Assembly: GCA_001275005.1 (NCBI GenBank)
Contig: JWZX01002932.1
Span: 1 to 37,513 of the forward strand
Length of the DNA stretch: 37,513 nucleotides
Source: Chrysochromulina tobinii
Taxonomy: Eukaryota
Reading direction: 5' to 3'
Made by a program: the position numbers and the translations under genes. The notes under the pieces were generated by a model. That model searched no databases, had not been told where the DNA came from, and saw only the letters and a program-made list of their open reading frames with translations. Of this stretch, positions 30,932-37,513 are shown in pieces; position 1 is the stretch's first letter, and the number at the start of each line of letters is the position of its first letter.

Positions 30932-31504
30932 TCACTGCTCGAATTCTTGACTACTCTTTGCCGCCACGAGTGCGTTCAACACTCGCAGCGCGCGTGCTCG
31001 TTGGATTTTGAGCATAGCTCTCTGCTCCTCGAGTGCTGCTATGCCGCCATCCTGGGCTGCGCCACCGCCACCGCCCGTCTCATTGTCCTCGTCGTCCTCC
31101 TCATCAGCAGCATCAGCATCAGCAGCAAGCTCCTTTCTTGCAGCCACCCGCGCCTCGAGAGCCAGCTCATCCTTCTCAGCACTGGTTGCGACCTGTTTCG
31201 CCTGCTCGATAGTCTTGGTGGCAGTTCCTTCGGGCAGCGTCTGCAGGTAATTGAGCAGATGCTTGAACGAGTCCCGAGAGACTCGATGACTGTGAGGCCA
31301 TCCCTTGAGCAAGAATGTCTGACGAGACTTGCTAAACTTCCAAGTCGCATTAGGCTCCTTCCGAACCGCCCACTGCTCAAGGTATTCACTTGCAGCAGCT
31401 GCGGCTGCACCGCCAGCCGTTGCCGCTGAGGCTGCAGCATCTGGCTTGCGCGCTTTGAGCTTCTTCTTGCGCCGTTGCTTTGCCTTGACAGATCCTTTAC
31501 CCAT
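30932..31504 (-). CDS. WKF domain (DUF2373, C7orf50-like) protein
   Basis: Basic N-terminus (KQRRKKKLK), ASEYLEQW....WKFSKSRQTFLL...SFKHLLNYLQTL, and C-terminal RARALRVLNAL. Confidence 0.85.
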   Translation of the reverse strand: MGKGSVKAKQRRKKKLKARKPDAAASAATAGGAAAAAASEYLEQWAVRKEPNATWKFSKSRQTFLLKGWPHSHRVSRDSFKHLLNYLQTLPEGTATKTIEQAKQVATSAEKDELALEARVAARKELAADADAADEEDDEDNETGGGGGAAQDGGIAALEEQRAMLKIQRARALRVLNALVAAKSSQEFEQ

Positions 31505-31780
31505 CGGATCGTTCGTGTATGAACACCTGTCGCTCTTGGTCCGGAGGCTGCTCAGAAGCCGGACGACGTGCGCGCGGAGCCTGTGTGGACGGCTCTTGCC
31601 ACGCGGCAGCACGACAGAGCGTCGCCTTGGGCGGATTGCGAAAACAAGCACGTCAATGACGACTGCGGGACTAGGATTTTGTGCTTGAAAAGCACTATGG
31701 GTGTTCCAGCACGTGTGATCATTTGTTCAGCCATGGCGCGCACACTCTGGAAATGCAGCGTCATTCCCTACTGCAATTCC

Positions 31781-33119
31781 CTACCCTACTCCAGGTCCAC
31801 GCGGCACCTCAGCGGCGTCGCTACTGCTGGCCTTCCCGGCCACCCTGGCATTGATCGCCTCCACCTCGGCCGCGCGCTCCACTGCGGCCTGCTTCTCCTT
31901 CTTGAGCCTCTTCGTCGACGCAGCCTTGAGCAGCGAGTTGATCTGATCGGCTTCAGCTTTCGTCTTACGGAGCTTTTCAAGAGTCCGAGCTCCCTCCTTC
32001 TCAGCTGCGGCCATCTTGGTGCCCTCGATCATTACAGCTGGATCCATGGCCGTCCAATTGATCTTCTCGCCCGTCGCAGCTGCCTTCTCCATCAGATCTG
32101 CCGCCTGCTGCCGCGCCGCCAGCCGCGCCACTTCCAGTTCGGCGGCTGCCTCCGCAGATTTAGCAGCTTTTTGGGCTGCGGCCCTCGCAGCATCGGCTTG
32201 AGCCGCCTCTTGGGACGTCCTTTCAACGGCCAGCGCCTCGGTAGCCGCCACAGCGGCGGTCACGCGCGCTTCGTCGTCAGCACGCTCCACCGCTTTGTCA
32301 GCACGCTGCACCGTTTCGTCAGCACGCTCCACCGCTTTGTCAGCACGCTGTACCGTTTCGTCATCACGCTGCACCGCTGCCCGCTCCGCTGCCGCGCGCT
32401 CCACAAGTGCCTGTTCTGCCGCTGCGAGCTCTGCTGCTGCCTTCTCTGCCACCTCTTGCTCCGCCGTGACCTGCTGCACAGCTACTCTCTCTGCAGCCGC
32501 TCGCTCCGCTAGCGCTCGTTCCGTCGCCGCCTTCTCTGCTGCCGCAGCCATCTCTGCTGCCGCCGCCATCTCTGCCGCCGCAGTCTTCTCTGCCGTCGCC
32601 GCCTTCGCTGCCGCCGCCTTCTCTGCTGCCACCTTCTCTGCTGCCACCTTCTCCGCTGCCACCTTCTCTGCTGCCGCATCCTCTGCTGCAGCATCCTCTG
32701 CTGCCGCCTGCCGCGCGGCGGCCCTCTCTGCCGTAATGCGCTCGGTCTCCTGCCTCTCCGCCTGCTGCTTCTCCGCAGCAGCCCATCGCGCCTCCTGCTC
32801 TGCTGCCTCCACGCCCATGGCTGCTTTCGCCGCCTCCATCGCAGCAGCGCTCAAGTTGGGAGGCACATACTCTCTGGGAACGTATGGCTCAGCACGGCTC
32901 GGCGTCTGTGTCGGAGCTGCCGAGGGAGGAGCAGACGGAGGAGGCGCACATGCGGGAGGCGCGACCAGCGAGGCCTCCGCATCAACGTCCACCTCAGCTA
33001 CCTCAGCTGCAGCCTTGGCCTCCGCCGCCGCCTCGGGTACGGGCGCCGCCTCGGGCGCGGGGGCCGGCGCAAAGGCCAAAGCAGCTGCTTCGGCCGCCAC
33101 AGTATCGGTCGCCGCCGCC

Positions 33120-33199
<80 letters not shown>

Positions 33200-36100
33200 C
33201 ACCGCCGCCGCCTGTGCAACATCTGCCGCCCGCACCTGTGCTTGAGCAGCGACCCGCGCCTCAGCCTCAGCCGCCGCCTTCATCTCGGCAACTTTGGCCC
33301 TATCAGCGTTGCCCCTCTCAATGGCTTGCAGCCTCGTGGCTGCCTCCTGCTGTGCACTCGCCTCCGCCGCCTCCGCCGCTGCTACTGCCGCCTGCGCCGC
33401 CTGCACCTCCGCGGCCGCCTTCTGCGCTGCCAACCGCGCGTCAGCCTCTTTTTGAGCCTTGAGCGCGGCAAGTTTGGCCCTATCCTTCTTGCCCCTCTCG
33501 ATAGCCTGCAGCTTCGTGGCTGCCTCCGCCTCCGCTGCAACCCTCTCCGCCTCCGCTGCAGCCCTCTGAGCTGCGGCTGCCTCCGCTGCGGCCCTCTGCA
33601 CCTGCGCTGAAATCCTCTCAGCCTCGGCCGCCGCAGCTGCCGCCGCCTCGGCGAGGATTGCTTTCACGACGGCCTCCTCCTCATCGGCTTCCTGCAGGAT
33701 TGCCGCCTCGTCGGCGTCCTCCTTCGCACGGTGCGCCGCCGCCCTGTCGTCGGCTGCGAGTCGTGCATCCACACGGCGCTTCGCCTCCAACTTGGCCTGT
33801 TCTAGGAGCTCCTGCTCCTGCTTCTCCCTTTCCAATCGCTCCGTGAGCAGCTGCTCTTCCTTCCGGTGGGCGCTCGCCTGCGCCGCAGCTTTCGCTGCCG
33901 CCGCCGCCGCCGCCACTTCCGCCGCCTCCGCCGCCGCTGCTGCCTCTTCCGCCGCCGCCAAAGCCGCCAAAGCCGCCTCCGCCTCCGCCTCCGCCTCAGC
34001 GATCGCCTTGGTTGCAGCTTCCGCTCTGCGATGCGAGTCCACATAACGAGCCCGAGTAGCGTTACCACGCTGCGTGGCCTGGAGCATGGTGGCCGCCTCG
34101 ACCTCAGCAGCCGCACGCTCCTCGGCGCTGAGCTCGGTGATGGGTTGCCTCCGAGGCAGGGCCTCGGCGCTGGGCTCGCTGACGGACTGCGCGACGCCCC
34201 AAACCTCTTCGTACGTGGTTTCCCCCACCTCGGGCGGTGGGGGCGGCAATGCTGCTATGGGGGTTGAGGCGTTGGCGGCCGCAACGGCTGGCGGGGAGTC
34301 GGAAGACAAGGGTGCGCGTGGGGGCGGCGTCTCCTCGATAGGCTCCAGCGCCGCCGGCACTCGCAGCGATCCTGACAGTTCCGGCGGCTCCGTAACTGCA
34401 CGGACACTCGCAGCGATCACCCCCTCCACCACGGCCTCTCCGGGGGTTTGAGGCCTGCTGACGGCCCGGAGACTCGCCGCGATCACCCCCTCCACCACAA
34501 CCTCCGCAGGCGTTTTGGGCCTTTCAGCGGTCACTGCCTGGGCACTCGCAGCGATACCCCCCTCCACGGTCTCGGCAGGGGATGGGGGCCTGCCGCCGGT
34601 CAGGACGCTCGCAGCAATCCCCTCCTCCACGGGAGCGTACGGCTCGGGCAGATCTTGGCACAAATCTCGGACGCTCGCAGCGATCCCCTCCACGGGAGCG
34701 GACGGCTCGGGCAGATCTTGGCACAAATCTCGGACGCTCGCAGCAATCCCCTCCTCCACGGGAGCGGACGGCTCGGGCGGATTTTTGTACTCCACAGGAG
34801 CATAGGGCTCGGTGGGGGACATGGCGGGGGAAGAAGGCGCGGGGGTCTGTGCCGCCGACGGTGGAGCAGATGGAGGGGAGCCAGGGGGCGCGCCGATCGG
34901 CACGGCCTCGGCGCCAGAGCCCATCTCAACGATCGGCGCGGCTTCCGCGCCCGTCACGGCACCCGCGTTGTGATGGGCACCCGCGTCCTCATCCGGAACA
35001 GCATCGGCCGTCTCATCTGGCTGCACCTCGCCCCCCTCCTCCACCGCCTCCTCGTCCGCCTCCGCCACCGCTGACGCCTCGCGCGACACTGTCGCCCTTG
35101 CAACGGGCGCAGCCGACGGCGCAAATGCAAGCGCGGCGTCATTGATGGACGCCAAATCAATTTTGAAACTGATATTCACCTGTGGGGAGAGTCGAGCGCC
35201 GTGGTGAGCACTTGCATGCCAACGGCCACGTGGACGCCCAATCAATTTTGAAACTGATATTCACCTGGATCGGCGCGGGCGCCGCCGCTTCGTCGGCCAA
35301 CCCCTCAGCCACCGCCCCGCGCACGCGACGGTCCACAGCCGCTGAGGGTGCAAAGACGGGCGCAAAGTAGTCTGCCACGTCCTCTGCCACCGGTTGGACT
35401 ATGGCTAGCGACTTCGTCGGGCGCGCGTCGAGCTGCACGGCGACGGGCGGGGCGGCGGCGGGCGCAGTTTCTCTCAGGCTCTTGGTCCGTATAGGCGGCA
35501 GCCCTTGTTCCTTGCTGGCGAGGTGATGCAACTGACGCTCGAGGGGAGTCGGCGGTCCCTCAGATGAGCGAGTGAGTGGCACACGTCCATCTGCTTCCTT
35601 GAACGTCTTCGGAGGTTGCTGCCCATAGCATAGCTGCGGATGTCTACGAGTCACGCCGTGGTGAGCACTTGCATGCGGCGGCTTTGGACGGCTTCGGATC
35701 GGCGAGAGGCCCCCCGCACTTCGGCCAGGGCTGGAACCGCGGCTGTGGCTCGGGCTGGAGCCTCTCGATCGGCGGTTAGGGCTCGACCCGATCTCCCCGA
35801 TCTCCCTCGAGATCTCCCCGTCGTCCGGCGGCGGGCGCGCCCGCGGCTGCAGCTGGCTAAGCGGCGTTGCGAGCTGGACAAGCTCATCCGTCGTGGGCGG
35901 AGGCAGTATCGGGCGCCGGGCGGGCGGGGGCACGAAGGGGGTGATGCAAGATTTGGGCTCGGGCGCCACGTGACGCTTGGCGAGCTCGACGGCAGATCGC
36001 GCTCTCGGCCGATCTCGGTCGATCTCGATGGCGGAGCTCCGGCTGAGGCCGCCGTTCTCTACGCTCACGCCGCCGCCGCTGCGACTTGCGCCTCCGTCCG

Positions 36101-37073
36101 CACCACCCCCGGCGCCGCCCTGGCTGCTGAGCTCTTGCAGCCGCATCAGGCGAGACAGGTTCGATTGCCGCCGAGTTGCCCACAGGCGTCGCTCCGCCTG
36201 TAACCGTCGAAGGTCGTGCTGCTCCTGCGACGCCGAGCTGCGTGCCGAGTTGGACATTCGGCTGGAGCGTGGCGTGGCCGAGGTGGCGGTCGAAGTCTCT
36301 CCAGTCCATGGCGAGCCCGGGGGTGGGTGCGGCGTGAGCGCTGGCGGGAGCGCCGTGGCGAGCGCCGAGGCGTCGTGGCGAGCGCTCGGCTCGGCGGACG
36401 CGAGGGCTCCTCGGGGCGAGTGCATTGGCAGCATGCGCGGCCGAAATGTCGCCCTCAGCTGCTGGTTGAGCTCCGCAAAATCGATGGAGCCCGACTCATT
36501 GGCATCCAACGACGTGAAGAGCTTGTCGACGACGGAGGCCGACGCCTCGTAGCCGAGGAACGAGAAGGCGCGCTCAAACTCATTGCGGGTGACGACGCCG
36601 TTGCCGTCCAGGTCCCATGACGTGAACAGGTCGATGACGCGCACGCGATTCACGCGCAGGAGCTCCTTGAGCTGCTCGGCCGCGGTCGCGTCGTCCACAG
36701 CGTCGAGCTTGATCGTTGAGTCAAGTGCCTGTCCTCGCTCGCCGTGTGCCGCCTGGCGTAGCGAGAAGTTGTAGTTGTGGTGGTTCAGGCCTTTCTTGCC
36801 GTCATTCTGCCCAGCCTCCTCCAAATGGCGTTGGTGGTAGGTTTTGGGGTGGTAGAAGCCCGGTTTGCCCGCAATCGGCTCGAGCTCAGCTAGAGCTGCC
36901 TCCCGCTCCCTTACTCTCTGGTCATGGGTCAGCTGTTTTCTCACGATGCGCGTCTCCACCTCCTTTGCTTTGACCGCGGTCTTGATGCGCTCCCACCGCT
37001 GCAACGCCGAAAGTTGATACTCCGCAGCGCGGCTCGAGGGCAGGGCGCCAAGCCCATGTGAAGTTCTCCACAT
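31781..37073 (-). CDS. Giant protein with EF-hand pair, three IQ-like motifs and Ala/Glu-rich repetitive coiled coil; intron 35180-35264 (possible second intron ending 35634)
   Basis: EF-hand loops [13 protein letters not shown] and [15 protein letters not shown]-like [22 protein letters not shown] and [11 protein letters not shown]. The 85-nt intron joins ORF 35157-37088 to ORF 31781-35245 ([12 protein letters not shown]). Confidence 0.8.
33108..33200 (-). repeat. Coding tandem repeat, 15-bp unit (EAAAA)n
   Basis: GCCGCTGCCTCGGCC repeated about 5-6 times. Confidence 0.85.
34400..34800 (-). repeat. Coding tandem repeats, ~60-63-bp units ([22 protein letters not shown])
   Basis: Near-identical repeated units are visible in both DNA and translation. 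Confidence 0.8.
35180..35264 (-). other. Intron = copy of downstream exon start + shared 3' cassette
   Basis: CAG|GTGAATATCAGTTTCAAAATTGATTGGGCGTCCA...GCATGCAAGTGCTCACCACGGCGCTCGACTCTCCCCACAG|GTGAATATCAGTTTCAAAATTGATTTGGCGTCCA. 35146-35182 matches 35231-35267 at 36/37. Confidence 0.9.
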
Positions 37074-37175
37074 GTGCGCGACGAGCAAACTTGACGCGCT
37101 CTCGCTGAACTGATCTGAACTTGGATCTGAACGTCCGCGCGGCGAGCTCGTGTCGAACTCAACGTCTCAAGTCTA

Positions 37176-37405
37176 CCGTGTGTCCCGGCTCCCCCCGGTG
37201 TCTTTTTACCGGTGTCCCGGCTCCCCCCGGTGTCTTTTTACCGGTGCTGGTGGGTTTGGATGGTTGTGAGGTTCGTCAGTGTGATCCGTTAAATCCGTGT
37301 GCCCGTGTGCCCCCGTGCCGTGTGTCCCGTGCGTGTCCCGGCTTCCCCGGTGTCTTACCGTAAAGCGTTTTGAGGTGGTTTGTGAGATTCGTGTGTCTGT
37401 TCAGG
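37176..37405 (+). repeat. Dispersed non-coding repeat family, copy 4 (rearranged, with internal 32-bp tandem duplication)
   Basis: GTGTCCCGGCTCCCCCCGGTGTCTTTTTACCG x2, then TGGTGGGTTTGGATGGTTGTGAGGTTCGTC and a third CCCGG..CCGGTGTCTTACCG end. Confidence 0.85.
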
Positions 37406-37435
37406 CTCATAAACACCGGCCACCACCCGGGTGAC

Positions 37436-37513
37436 GGGGGGTTTCCTATACAAATTGGGGGGGGTTTCCTATACAATACGTATCCTGATGTATCCTGCAT
37501 GTATCCTGCATGT
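37436..37513 (+). repeat. Short tandem repeats GGGGGGTTTCCTATACAA x2 and (GTATCCTGCAT)n running off the window end
   Basis: Read directly from the sequence. Confidence 0.75.

Noticed and set aside
1737..36973. Numerous long antisense or alternate-frame ORFs (e.g. 1737-2912, 9093-9908, 18728-19477, 31568-32512, 32295-33245)
   Set aside because: Shadow ORFs expected in GC-rich coding DNA. The recognisable motifs are on the other strand or frame.
37480..37513. Terminal tandem repeat as a telomere
   Set aside because: The 11-bp GTATCCTGCAT unit is not a TTAGGG-type repeat. It fits the genome's 10-11-bp minisatellites.

Overview
GC-rich, gene-dense eukaryotic nuclear DNA with short spliceosomal introns, many containing 10-11-bp minisatellites. 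The style suggests a haptophyte alga (Chrysochromulina/Emiliania-like); this is inference. About 17 protein genes are supported: a calcineurin-like metallophosphoesterase, a nitroreductase, a membrane-anchored DUF5695 glycoside-hydrolase-like protein, PAN/apple membrane proteins, a RIIa/Dpy-30 + CRAL-TRIO protein, an LDAH-like hydrolase, WW, Tudor and WKF proteins, two giant IQ/EF-hand/PDZ proteins and several hypotheticals. A ~100-170-bp non-coding repeat family is dispersed through the intergenic DNA. Two things stand out. (1) A DUF427 + SPRY-like gene (23754-24824) has a single in-frame TGA exactly at the conserved DUF427 cysteine, making it a candidate selenoprotein that the ORF track splits in two. 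(2) A shared ~40-nt branch-point/3'-splice-site cassette (GCATGCAWGTGCTCACYACGRCGC...CCCCACAG) occurs six times in two unrelated genes, and several introns begin with a copy of the start of the downstream exon. Together these suggest an intron-generating insertion/duplication system. Similar duplication-plus-inverted-template scars occur outside introns. Three single-site frameshifts in simple-sequence runs are probably assembly errors. All domain calls come from motif recognition by eye, not from database searches.
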